Source of the DNA: Perkinsela sp. CCAP 1560/9
Lineage: Eukaryota; Protista; Euglenozoa: Kinetoplastea
Assembly (NCBI GenBank): GCA_965644495.1
Contig: CBFFSA010000003.1
Span: 806,001-870,000 of the forward strand
Length of the DNA: 64,000 bases
Direction of reading: 5' to 3'
The notes under the pieces were generated by a model. It saw only the letters and a program-made list of their open reading frames with translations. It was not told the origin of the DNA and ran no database searches. The translations under genes were made by a program, and so were the position numbers. Below are positions 53,078 to 63,406 of this stretch, piece by piece. Every line of letters starts with the position of its first letter. Position 1 is the stretch's first letter.

Positions 53078-54856
53078 ATGCACTCCTCCGCAAGGCTCTG
53101 TCAACAACTCGCCTATACCCATTTTCGTCGAACCCACGCCTCCTTACGAAACCCTCTTATCCACACCGTCACAGTCCTTTATTCCCCTCAAACCCAACCT
53201 TTCTCAACCGAACCAGCCACGCAACCTCAAACCACCACCCAACCCCCCACAAACGATCCTCATGAAAACCCCCGTTCTGCCACAACCGACACCCTCACCT
53301 CTCTCTCCACGGACAAGTCCATACCCCATAACGAAAAAAACAACAGCAACAACAACGGCAACGAATTCTTACCAACGAACAAAAACGAATCCTTATCAAC
53401 CCACAGCCATAACAGCGAATCCGTACCCAACAATAACGAATCCGTAGAAATGAACAACGAATCTTTACAAATGAACCACGAATCCGTACCCAACAATAAC
53501 GAATCCGTAGAAATGAACAACAAACCTTTACCCCTGAACATGCAATCCGTACCCCTCCCTCACGAATCCCCACAAAACCACAACGACCCCTTCCCCCTCC
53601 CTAACGCCTCCCCCCCGAACCGCCCTGACCCCCCACCCCCCGACCCCACCCCCCTCGAGCCCGACGAGCTCCCCCTCCACGCCCTCACCCCCGACGAGCG
53701 CCGCTTCTACTACGCCCGCACCTGGCCCGCCGCCACCTGCGCCCTCTGCGCCGAGCCCGTCCACGACTGGCTCTCCCACATGCAGCTCCCCACCCACCGC
53801 GCGCGCCAGATGGTCTGCGCCCATCTCGTCTCCGCGGACCGCTACGCCCTCATGCTCGCCAACCTGTGGCACTTCCTCCACTTCGACGCCGCCCTGATCC
53901 GGGAGTTTGACGTCAAGAAGGACAGCCGGCGGAGGCGGAGGCTCCACGACACCCTGGGGTTCCTGGTGCAGCACAACGTGTTGCTGTATGCGGTGTACCG
54001 CTGGTGTGGGCGCAAAGGGGTGTGGGTGCGACCGGTGGATTTCGGTAAGTGCCTGCTGGCGGGGGAGGCGGTGGTGCGGGGGGCGGTGGTGGATCGCGTC
54101 GCGCGGCTGTTTCCCGGGGCCACGGCGGGGGAGATGGCGGCGCTGTGTGAGGTGATTATGGATATCCCCGCAATGGCGGCGTTGTATGATGTGCTGCAGC
54201 TGAATGCGTTTTTGCCCGCCCCGCAGCGACGGCAGCATAAGTTGACGGGGCAGATGAAACGGGCGAGTGTGCTGGCGATGTGTGGGGAGATGAATTGGTT
54301 TGTGGCGAAGTCAAGGGCTACGGATAGGGCGTTTAACAACACATTGTTTCCCCCGAGTGATACGTTGGTGGTGCATGTGTTGTGTCACCATGCGGTGGAG
54401 ACGATGCTGATGGAGGTGGTGCATTTTTATGTCCACAAGATACTCCGGGAGACGCTCCCGGTGTGGAATCACTACAAGGGAAAGCTGCCGTATGTGGCGG
54501 GGAAGATAGCGTGGTACGTGCGGCCTCGCAAGGTGTACCCGCAGGTGTTGAAGAACACCGATTTAACCACAAAGGAGGCGAATGAGATTGTGATTAAACC
54601 GAGGCCTGTGGTCACGGAGCAAATCAACCGTTTGGCTCCAATACTGAAAGTGCTTCCCCGTGCCATACCGTCCTGGAAGGTTTTTGCAAAAGAAGATGTA
54701 CAGGCGTATAGGAGACGACCCGTTGTCTCGAACAGGCTTCAAATGATCAGAACCAAGTCGAGGTCTGGAATTCAGATCGAGCCGCCCTCTGCAGTTCGGT
54801 TACCGCCGCTTCGACTACCAACAATCTCCGAAGAACCTGAAATAGGAAGTCAATAA
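53078..54856 (+). CDS. KREPB-like RNA-editing complex protein (U1-type zinc finger plus degenerate RNase III)
   Basis: CALC......W.SH.....H finger and LAGEAVV...V.RLFP RNase III-like segment; long low-complexity N-terminal insert. Confidence 0.7.
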   Translation: MHSSARLCQQLAYTHFRRTHASLRNPLIHTVTVLYSPQTQPFSTEPATQPQTTTQPPTNDPHENPRSATTDTLTSLSTDKSIPHNEKNNSNNNGNEFLPTNKNESLSTHSHNSESVPNNNESVEMNNESLQMNHESVPNNNESVEMNNKPLPLNMQSVPLPHESPQNHNDPFPLPNASPPNRPDPPPPDPTPLEPDELPLHALTPDERRFYYARTWPAATCALCAEPVHDWLSHMQLPTHRARQMVCAHLVSADRYALMLANLWHFLHFDAALIREFDVKKDSRRRRRLHDTLGFLVQHNVLLYAVYRWCGRKGVWVRPVDFGKCLLAGEAVVRGAVVDRVARLFPGATAGEMAALCEVIMDIPAMAALYDVLQLNAFLPAPQRRQHKLTGQMKRASVLAMCGEMNWFVAKSRATDRAFNNTLFPPSDTLVVHVLCHHAVETMLMEVVHFYVHKILRETLPVWNHYKGKLPYVAGKIAWYVRPRKVYPQVLKNTDLTTKEANEIVIKPRPVVTEQINRLAPILKVLPRAIPSWKVFAKEDVQAYRRRPVVSNRLQMIRTKSRSGIQIEPPSAVRLPPLRLPTISEEPEIGSQ

Positions 54857-55152
54857 AATGGTGATCCATTTCTGTAAGGAATGATTTTCTATTTTTCTGG
54901 GGATAGTAGCATTTATGGTTATAAAATTGCGGGTCAGAATCGCTGGAAGTGATCTTCCAAGTTTTACGATGCGTAACCGCATCGCTTAATATGCCATAAT
55001 TTCTTATACTACGGTGACCACATCGGCATAGGAATCTTTCTGAGTGCTAGTTAGACAGCGTTACATTGTACAAGATAATTTTGGACATTTTTTCTCCGTT
55101 TCAAATAGCTACGGTATTTTTCATATTCGTCTTCCTCTATTTTAAATGAAGG

Positions 55153-55854
55153 ATGTCAGAGGATTCCCTGTCGGCTCAACAAATGGACGCATTAACAGAA
55201 TTATCACGAGGAGTAGCCGATGTATCTCATCGCATAGAAGAAAATCTTCGGAGGCAGCCCACCATAGAACCTTGTGAGCTCAAGGTTCATGAGGGTAAAA
55301 AGACAAGTTTAGCAGAGAGGACCGGCAACGTTCAATGCGAAGATACACTGACCTTTCTTGAAAGTGTGCTTAATCACATTATCGAGACGAATGACCTTTT
55401 AATATCTCTCTGCTTTCAGGCCTCCGGTGCTGGGGAATTTCTCGCGAAATCTTGCACGCCCAGTGAAAAACGTAGCGAAATGAATGTCAAAGATGTACAT
55501 GTATGCGATAAGGCTTGCTCTCCTATCGTTATATCCCCAAAGGAATGTTCGAATAGGAAAGAAACAGAATCTCACCACAAAACATCGCACGAGTCTTGTA
55601 TATTCAATGGAAATACGGCTTCGAGCTCTTCATGTGCCACTCAACGAGAAAGTATGATTGAGAACACAGGAATTTATGAAAACGTGGGGAATCAATCAGA
55701 CGCTCAAACTCTTGAAACGCAAGATCCGTCTCAACGACATCTTATACAGGAGGCGTTTCAAAATCATTCGTTGCAGAAAAACAAGACTAGGTCACAGGTA
55801 CGCTTTGATAACTGTTGTTTCAATGCCACAATGAAACAGAAGCGTTCAGGGTAA
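55153..55854 (+). CDS. Hypothetical protein
   Basis: 233-aa ORF on the coding strand. Confidence 0.65.
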   Translation: MSEDSLSAQQMDALTELSRGVADVSHRIEENLRRQPTIEPCELKVHEGKKTSLAERTGNVQCEDTLTFLESVLNHIIETNDLLISLCFQASGAGEFLAKSCTPSEKRSEMNVKDVHVCDKACSPIVISPKECSNRKETESHHKTSHESCIFNGNTASSSSCATQRESMIENTGIYENVGNQSDAQTLETQDPSQRHLIQEAFQNHSLQKNKTRSQVRFDNCCFNATMKQKRSG

Positions 55855-56211
55855 TTTTTACTACAGAAGATATTTGCTCTGTTGTTTCCCCGGTGATTCA
55901 GTGATTTTTCTACAAACCTCTTCCCTTGTTTTATTTTTTCCTGATTTTCCTTTATCTCAGAGAGGGGGATACTCCAGATAATCTGGAGTGAGGTGTGAGT
56001 TGAAATCGGGCCCATCTTGCTAATTCTTGCTTCACTTTTTACCTACGTAGAAGTTTTCTTGCCTGTCTTTTAAGGTGCCCTTTCGTAGTTTAAGGTGTAC
56101 TCTTGTAGTGTGATAAGTAACTTTTTAAGATTATTCTACAATATCTAGAGGGTTCGGTGTTTCTATCATTCATCATCATTTGTGGTGCACCTTAATTTTC
56201 TATTATTTTCA

Positions 56212-57807
56212 ATGGACGACATCGAAGAATTTGAGGATATCTCCCCCTTTCCGAGTGTGTCGCCTCAAGAGTCGTATGAACCATCCCCCAAACTCGCTTT
56301 AGGGGGCAACTCCCACGCTATCATTCACAAGTTATCCTGTCGACATCAACCTCCGAAAAGCTACACATCATTAACTAAGGAGCATAAGACGACCGATTGG
56401 TATTCCATCCTCAGCGTGGATCGAAATGTCTCACAGAAGGAACTGAAAGCCGCCTATCATCGCAAATGTCTTGAAACTCATCCAGATAAAGACACAACAC
56501 GAGAAGACGAGGCCTTTAAAAAAATAAAGAAGGCGTATGATTTTATCAGTCAACCCAACTCACGCCGTGCGTTTGATTCGATTATGGAGTTCGACGATTC
56601 ATTTCCAACGGCTAAATGCTACGAGACTTCCGAACAGTTTTTCGATGATTTTGGGCCTGTGTTTCAGAGAAATGCGTATTGGTGTGTCAAATCTCCTCCT
56701 CTCCTTGGGGGTGCAACGACATCGGACGACGAGGTCGATGACTTTTACGATTTTTGGTTTTCGTTTCGATCGTGGCGTGATTTTTCTCATGTGGTTGATC
56801 CCGTCGAATTCGAGGGAGACGAGGAAGATAGAGAAACGAGACGACGAGTGCAACGTGAGAACGATCGCCAACATGAGAAGTTACGGAGACAAGAACTTAA
56901 ACGTGTCTCGTCTATTGTGGAAAAGGCTTTTAAATTGGATCCTCGTGTACGCTCAAGAGCGCAGCGCCACAAGGAAAAGCGTGAAATGGAGGCAAAAGAA
57001 CGTAGCGAATTGAGAAAACTTGAGCAGGAAAAACTGCGAGAAGCGATGGAAAATGCGGAAATTGAACGAAAAACTGTCCAAGAAAAGCGCGCAGCCCAAG
57101 AGAAGGCTGATAGGGAGAACCGAACCAGAATGGTTGCTCATATCCTTGAAATAACCAAAGGAATGAATCTAATAAGTGAATCTACGATTGCTAGTCCGCG
57201 AACGATACCGCGCAAGAATTTCGATTTACTTTCAAAAAGTACACTAAATCTCGAAAAACTTTTGTCTCAGGTGCAAGGTATCCAAAACGACCCAAAGCAT
57301 GGTGATGCCAGAAGTCAGATACGAGACGTTTTACAAGAAACGTTTTCACAATTATCAAGCCATAAAAATGGAGACCGTGACCTGAATGGCCAAGTTTCGA
57401 CACCCTGGTCAGAGTCGGAACTCTTAACACTTCAGAAAGCAGTTGCAAAATACCCGAGGGGGACCATTGACAGGTGGGAACAAATGGCAGCATATGTTGG
57501 AAAGAATCGAACGTCGAAGGAAGTCCGAGAGAAAGTAACAGAAATTGAACATAGTTGGGGCTCCTTTAAGGCTGCAGTGGAGACGGCTCAAAGTACGGAT
57601 CTGCGCTCGACATCAAAGCCAGACGTAGTGTCGGAATCTGCCGACACTTGGACTTCATTGCATCAAAAGCAATTTGAGGATGCGCTACGCAGTCTCAAGG
57701 ATTATACTGGAAAGGATAAATGGGATCTTATTGCCTCAAAAGTTAACGGAAAATCGCGTGCTTCTTGTATTGCGCGTTACAAGCAACTTGCAAGGATGCG
57801 TGCGTAA
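56212..57807 (+). CDS. DNAJC2: DNAJC2/zuotin (MPP11) ribosome-associated J protein with two SANT domains
   Basis: HPDK J domain, FYDFWFSFRSWRDFS zuotin motif, WSESE..LQKAV.KYP.GT.DRW and WT...QKQFE.AL SANT repeats. Confidence 0.95.
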   Translation: MDDIEEFEDISPFPSVSPQESYEPSPKLALGGNSHAIIHKLSCRHQPPKSYTSLTKEHKTTDWYSILSVDRNVSQKELKAAYHRKCLETHPDKDTTREDEAFKKIKKAYDFISQPNSRRAFDSIMEFDDSFPTAKCYETSEQFFDDFGPVFQRNAYWCVKSPPLLGGATTSDDEVDDFYDFWFSFRSWRDFSHVVDPVEFEGDEEDRETRRRVQRENDRQHEKLRRQELKRVSSIVEKAFKLDPRVRSRAQRHKEKREMEAKERSELRKLEQEKLREAMENAEIERKTVQEKRAAQEKADRENRTRMVAHILEITKGMNLISESTIASPRTIPRKNFDLLSKSTLNLEKLLSQVQGIQNDPKHGDARSQIRDVLQETFSQLSSHKNGDRDLNGQVSTPWSESELLTLQKAVAKYPRGTIDRWEQMAAYVGKNRTSKEVREKVTEIEHSWGSFKAAVETAQSTDLRSTSKPDVVSESADTWTSLHQKQFEDALRSLKDYTGKDKWDLIASKVNGKSRASCIARYKQLARMRA

Positions 57808-58008
57808 ACTTTCTAGAAACATCCTATAGAAAATGGGCGCTCGAATCGGAGATTTCATTGAACCATCTGTCCCACATCTACTATTGGTCACTCTTCTGTT
57901 ACATTCTGTTTCAGTAATTAATATCAGTGTGTATATTTCAGTATATTACAACATCTTACGAAATGGTGTCAACGAAACTCAATATGCAACTTAGAAGAAT
58001 TCTTTTAT

Positions 58009-61000
58009 ATGACGCAGAATAGTAAAAACTATTCTCACGCAAGCGTATTAAGCGACCACGTTCAGCGGACGAATGACGATGCGGTACTTTCAAAGCGCTC
58101 TGCTAACAAGATGGGATATTTTTCGGACGATTATTTGCGCTTTTTCTCCAAAAAACTCATTCGACGTGCTCCTTTGATAAACCGCGGATATTATTTACGT
58201 GTGCTGGCAATCCGTAAAATTATCCAATGGTTTTTAGATATTTTTCCGGATAGTCATCTTCAAGTGGTTAGTCTTGGTTGTGCGTATGACACAACACCAT
58301 ACAATGTGTCTCGCTCTGCAGGTCAACAGATTACCTTTTATGATTTAGACTTTCCAGAGCTGCTTTCGAGAAAGGAAAATCTTCTGAGAAATGCTGGAAA
58401 TGATTTTTCAGGAAGAATCCCGATAAACGAAACCGTCCCGCAAGACAACGACTTTGTTCGAAGAATACAAGAAACCAACAGAATAAGCGTGGGATGCGAT
58501 TTGAGAAATACGCAAGAAACTATTTTAAAACTTACACAGTCGGGTTTCAATCCTTGTCACCGAACCTTATACGTGGCTGAGTGTGTCCTACAGTATCTAG
58601 ATAGCAACTCCAGCGAACGACTTTTGGGAGAGCTGTTCAACGTGTGGAGGGGAGCAGTCAATGTGTCAGAAAACACAGACATAAATTCTCACTTTTCGGT
58701 TATTTTTGATCAAATAGAGCCCTACGACATATTCGGTCTGAGAATGAGGAAAACTCTTAAAGATCGCGCTTCACCATTGCTTGGTATTCAAACATGGGGA
58801 ACAATTGATAATCAAGAGAAGAGAATGTATGATGCAGGTTGGAGCTGGACAAAATCTGTTTCTTTCAGTGACATTGCAGACGATCTGCTTAATTTAGTAC
58901 CGGAAGAGTTTCAGCGTATCTCTTCATTAGAACCCTTCGATGAGATAGAAGACTGGGTGGAAACTTGTCGCCATTATTGTTTTACGTTTTCTGGAACATC
59001 TCATCCTATACGTGTGCCTTTCTTTTTTGAGGCAAAGGACAACTCACTACGTATTCCTGAGTATCCAAGCTCTTCGAGAAATTTGACACTTAGCAAGATT
59101 TCTTGTCTAACGAGGTGCGACGGATATGGTCAAGCTGCATTAGCTCATCCACTAGAAGCCACCAAGGTTATTCTATTTGGTGGGTACTCCAAAGGGCGCC
59201 GCTGCAACAATCTGGTTATTATTGACGTTGCAAAGGGTAGCGAAATGTGCAAAGAATTTCACGAAACACAAGCACCCGAACCCCGTATGTATCACGCAAT
59301 GGCAAGCATTAAATGCCTCGCTGTTGATGAACTAAGTTTGACGGACACAGAAACCTACGATCCAGAAATACTTCTATTTGGTGGAAGGAAGTCACCACAA
59401 GACCCATTAGGCGATACACTACTGTTGAACGCTCGTACCTATTCATGGACAAAACTTATTAACTCCTTGGACTCCCCTTGTGCCCGCTATCGCCATCGCA
59501 TGTGTTCTATTCCTACCTGCTTCTGTCCATGGCACAACGATTCTGATGTATGGCATGACAGCGTTTTGCTGTTTGGTGGTATCGGCCACAATCAGCAACT
59601 GCTGAACGATACATGGTTGTTCTGCAGTAGAAAGCGACAGTGGCTTCCCGTTGCGTGCAATTCTCAAAGTCCTTCTCCTCGTCATAGCTTTGGGATGTGT
59701 TTCTCTCCCGAAAGCAATCGAGTTGTGATCAGCGGAGGGATAACAGAAAACCATATAATCAGTGACGAAATTTTTGCTCTTGATCTTTTCCATTGGGTGT
59801 GGTCGAAGCTTGAGACAACCCCGAGACCACCTCCACTATTTTCGCATACTTTGACAAGTGTTTCGTATATGATTACTTTTATCGGTGGTTCAACGGCTTC
59901 TCGCACGTATACTAATCGCAACAGTAATGTTCTGTTTCTTGACGAAAAATCTCTTTGCCTTACTCAAGGTGACGAGCAACGCTCTGTTGATTTTGCCTGT
60001 GGACATCAAACAGTTTGGATACCCACACTGTCCAGTTTGTGTATTATTGGAGGTGGTTTGCAGTGCTTTAGTTTTGGGTCAGTCTATTCAACACTTAGAT
60101 TGTTGAAGTTCGTGAATGGAATATCTGGACTACGGTACAATACAAAGCTAATCTCTCCGCGTAGTTTGAGAGAAGTCAGAAATCCTGTTTCAGATGAATT
60201 TTGGATAAACAATTTGTACGCGACTCGTTTTCCAGTAGTTTTTCGCAATCAAAACATGGGTGACTGTATTCACAAGTGGTGCGATCCCACATATTTATCC
60301 ACCCGCGAGCAAGATACGCACGTTTCGGTTCATGTAATGCGCCCCGTCTATGAAGATGCAAAATTGAATTTTGTTGATCGCAACTTTGATTATAAGACGG
60401 TGCCCTTTCCAATGCTGGTCAACGAATGCTTTTCTGCGACAGAAAAAATATACTTCCGCTCGTTAGCACGACGACGTTCAACGACAGATTTTTGGTTAAA
60501 TTTTCCTGAACTTGCAGAAGATTTTTCTGTACCACACGGTTTTCGCTCCACTGTTCTAGGGGAACGATACTCGCAGAGTTGCTTACGCATGAGCACCTCG
60601 GGTGTTCAGCTTTGGACGCATTACGACATTATGGACAACATTCTGTGTCAAATTGTAGGGACAAAACGTGTAGTTCTTTATCCTCCGGATCAGTACACCA
60701 ATCTGTACATGAAGGATAGTGTCTCTACAGTATTAGATATTGACAATCCTGATCTTCAACGTTTCCCACGCTTCGCGGATTCCTCTTCGAGGGGATACGA
60801 AGTTATTCTTGAACCTGGGGATATATTGTTCATTCCATCGCTCTGGTTTCACAATGTTCTTGCGCTGACACCATGTGTTGGTATCAATATTTTTTGGAGG
60901 CATTTAGAAAAACAATATTACGATCCACTGGATACATTCGGTAACCGGGATCTGCCCTGCATGGTAAATGCACGGAAGCACATCTCTGCCGAAATACAAA

Positions 61001-61086
61001 ACGCACTTGACTCTGTTCCTGCCGATTATCGGCAATTTTTAATGCATCAAATTTATCACGATATGGAAAGACAAATTCTATCCTAA
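58009..61086 (+). CDS. TYW4: tRNA wybutosine enzyme: LCMT2/TYW4 methyltransferase + Kelch + TYW5-type JmjC fusion
   Basis: RRAPLINRGYY, SLGCAYDT, AECVLQY, LFGG Kelch repeats, LWTHYD and PGDILFIPSLWFHNV. Confidence 0.92.
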   Translation: MTQNSKNYSHASVLSDHVQRTNDDAVLSKRSANKMGYFSDDYLRFFSKKLIRRAPLINRGYYLRVLAIRKIIQWFLDIFPDSHLQVVSLGCAYDTTPYNVSRSAGQQITFYDLDFPELLSRKENLLRNAGNDFSGRIPINETVPQDNDFVRRIQETNRISVGCDLRNTQETILKLTQSGFNPCHRTLYVAECVLQYLDSNSSERLLGELFNVWRGAVNVSENTDINSHFSVIFDQIEPYDIFGLRMRKTLKDRASPLLGIQTWGTIDNQEKRMYDAGWSWTKSVSFSDIADDLLNLVPEEFQRISSLEPFDEIEDWVETCRHYCFTFSGTSHPIRVPFFFEAKDNSLRIPEYPSSSRNLTLSKISCLTRCDGYGQAALAHPLEATKVILFGGYSKGRRCNNLVIIDVAKGSEMCKEFHETQAPEPRMYHAMASIKCLAVDELSLTDTETYDPEILLFGGRKSPQDPLGDTLLLNARTYSWTKLINSLDSPCARYRHRMCSIPTCFCPWHNDSDVWHDSVLLFGGIGHNQQLLNDTWLFCSRKRQWLPVACNSQSPSPRHSFGMCFSPESNRVVISGGITENHIISDEIFALDLFHWVWSKLETTPRPPPLFSHTLTSVSYMITFIGGSTASRTYTNRNSNVLFLDEKSLCLTQGDEQRSVDFACGHQTVWIPTLSSLCIIGGGLQCFSFGSVYSTLRLLKFVNGISGLRYNTKLISPRSLREVRNPVSDEFWINNLYATRFPVVFRNQNMGDCIHKWCDPTYLSTREQDTHVSVHVMRPVYEDAKLNFVDRNFDYKTVPFPMLVNECFSATEKIYFRSLARRRSTTDFWLNFPELAEDFSVPHGFRSTVLGERYSQSCLRMSTSGVQLWTHYDIMDNILCQIVGTKRVVLYPPDQYTNLYMKDSVSTVLDIDNPDLQRFPRFADSSSRGYEVILEPGDILFIPSLWFHNVLALTPCVGINIFWRHLEKQYYDPLDTFGNRDLPCMVNARKHISAEIQNALDSVPADYRQFLMHQIYHDMERQILS

Positions 61087-61356
61087 TTTACCGAACAAAG
61101 AACACACTACTGTACACAATGTATTAGCAATAATGCAGTACGATTTTAGAACGTCATCTTTATAGTGCTTCCCTTCAGGCAATTAACGGACTGTTTTTAT
61201 CATGAAGCTTTTATGTACACATCAGGTGTATAACCAAAATATCATTAAAGCGAACAGTACAATCCTAGTGTAATATACTAAGCTATATTATTATGGCCTA
61301 AATTTCTTGTTTATCAATTCTCATATCTGACTTTTGCACTTTGACATTTTTAATTT

Positions 61357-62643
61357 ATGGAAGTCTCCAGTATTGTCCCATCACCTTCGACCCGCGAGAC
61401 AGAAGAAGCATGCTTTCAACAAATGGCAACTCCTGTCGAAGCAGAAGGCGATCCAAGGAGAATTCGTATCGTTGAAAATGCGATCTATCAATTGGGAGAA
61501 TTATATGCAGAGAAAAAACTTGTTTCAAATATGCAAATGCTGTTTCATGCCACTCAAAGTGTGTTTTCGCGTGTACCAAAATCTAAAGCTGGAAAGATTC
61601 TGCGCAAACTTTTTGACTATGCATCGTTGTCTGGCATGAGTCTTTCCGAACAACAAGAGATATGCAAGAAACTTATAAGCTGGTCGCGAGAGCAGAAACT
61701 ATCCTTTCTTCGGTATCAGCTTCAAATACGACTAGCTTCGCTTTATTTCGAAAATGCAGAATACCGTTTATCTCTTAGTGTTCTTCTTGTACTACTCCGT
61801 GAAATACGAAAACTCGATGACAAACCTGTACTTGTGGAAGTATACCTCCTGATGTCAAGGGTATACTACTTTATACAAAATTTCTCAAAATCCAAAGGGA
61901 CTCTAGTAACTGCCCGTACTCACGCAAATAGTATTTACTGCCCCCCGTTGCTTCAGGCAGAACTAGACTTGCAGTCAGGAGTTTTGCATATGCAAGAGAA
62001 GGACCCCAACTCGGCGTACTCCTATCTATACGAAGCGTTTGAAGGGTTTCACACCGGTGGCGCAGAGCACCGTCTAAAAGCACTCCGTGCTCTAACCTAC
62101 ATGCTCCTTTGCAAAGGATTCACGGATGAAGGGCGTGAATTAGTATCTGTTCTACAATCAAAAAATGTACAGAAATATGACACTCAGATTATTCAAGCGG
62201 TAAAGGAGTTGTCAGAGACTTATAAAGCCCACGACACGCTAGGGTTCAAGCTTTGCTTGGAGCGATATAGTGAAATATTGAAGATCGATCCTATCGTAAA
62301 CAGTTTTGTCAAAGACCAGTACGATAGTCTGCTAGAGCTGCACTTGACTAAAATAGCGAAACCCTACTCTGTCGTTCAGCTTTCATACATGGCCTCACTC
62401 GTACAGCTTCCCGTTTCAGAAGTGGAGGCAAAACTTTCTCAAATGATATTGGATCGCAGACTTAGCGCTATATTGGACCAGCAGCAACAAAGCCTTATAA
62501 TGGATGAGCCTAGCACGGATTGCGAACAAGCGGAGCAGGCACTGGCCGTTGTTGAAAATCTAGCCAAGGTGTTGGATGCACTGGAACAAGACGTGTGTAG
62601 AACGGAAGAAGTGAAAGGTGTTCCATCGAATGACAAGCCTTAA
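61357..62643 (+). CDS. RPN6: 26S proteasome lid subunit RPN6 (PSMD11)
   Basis: KSKAGKILRKL, KLDDK..LVEV, ART.ANSIYCPP, SYLYEAFEGF and KLSQMILD motifs. Confidence 0.97.
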   Translation: MEVSSIVPSPSTRETEEACFQQMATPVEAEGDPRRIRIVENAIYQLGELYAEKKLVSNMQMLFHATQSVFSRVPKSKAGKILRKLFDYASLSGMSLSEQQEICKKLISWSREQKLSFLRYQLQIRLASLYFENAEYRLSLSVLLVLLREIRKLDDKPVLVEVYLLMSRVYYFIQNFSKSKGTLVTARTHANSIYCPPLLQAELDLQSGVLHMQEKDPNSAYSYLYEAFEGFHTGGAEHRLKALRALTYMLLCKGFTDEGRELVSVLQSKNVQKYDTQIIQAVKELSETYKAHDTLGFKLCLERYSEILKIDPIVNSFVKDQYDSLLELHLTKIAKPYSVVQLSYMASLVQLPVSEVEAKLSQMILDRRLSAILDQQQQSLIMDEPSTDCEQAEQALAVVENLAKVLDALEQDVCRTEEVKGVPSNDKP

Positions 62644-62935
62644 TCGTATCCCAAGATTGATTACACGTGCTATCTTATAACGGAGCCAAGACGTAACGCA
62701 TAGCTTTTTTTGTGTATCCCGGAAATATGCAATGACGTACATTAATAATTTGTTTTTTTGCTTTGGGCAGATTATTTAAAAAACTAATATATCCGTAATT
62801 TTGAGAAAATATACCTCTACAAGTGTCGGAAACGCAGCTTTTCTCGCATCATTAATTAATTGTGTTCATATACTAGTGCCATTAATATCTTGTGTCAAAA
62901 ACATTGTTTCATTTCTAAATTTCATTCTATATTTG

Positions 62936-63235
62936 ATGGGTCGAGCGCTTGGCCGAGGTTCTAAAGCAGTGGCAGTTCAGACACGCCAAGGAGCTAAAAA
63001 ACGAAAAAATAAGCCTCCCAAAGGATTGCGTGGATTCAAGCGCAATAAATTAGAACGCCGAGCTCAGCGTTCGGAAAAAACGCCGGCATCATCGTTAAAA
63101 AAAACTGGAACAAAAGCAGAAGTGGAAGAGGAACTACGACTTCATGAAATGCCCTATAAGATTAATTCCAAAACCAAGCGGATGCGACACATTGTCAGGG
63201 ACATTAAAAGACTTCGAAAAAAGCGTAAGCAATGA
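62936..63235 (+). CDS. Small highly basic protein
   Basis: 99-aa Lys/Arg-rich ORF from ATG 62936. Confidence 0.65.
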   Translation: MGRALGRGSKAVAVQTRQGAKKRKNKPPKGLRGFKRNKLERRAQRSEKTPASSLKKTGTKAEVEEELRLHEMPYKINSKTKRMRHIVRDIKRLRKKRKQ

Positions 63236-63406
63236 TTTTTATTCAAAAATAATGATACCGGATCATCTGAAAATCATGTGTTTTTCAAAAATAAAAAAAT
63301 AAAGATCGTCCTCAACTCATCTAATCTCTAGTTTATCTATGAATCATTTTGACACTGTCATACTACTCTACTTTTGGTTCGACAAAAAATAATTTTACTC
63401 CTCGAC

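Noticed and set aside
58009-61086. TYW4-Kelch-JmjC fusion as a novelty
   Set aside because: This architecture is already known from trypanosomatids and fungi.
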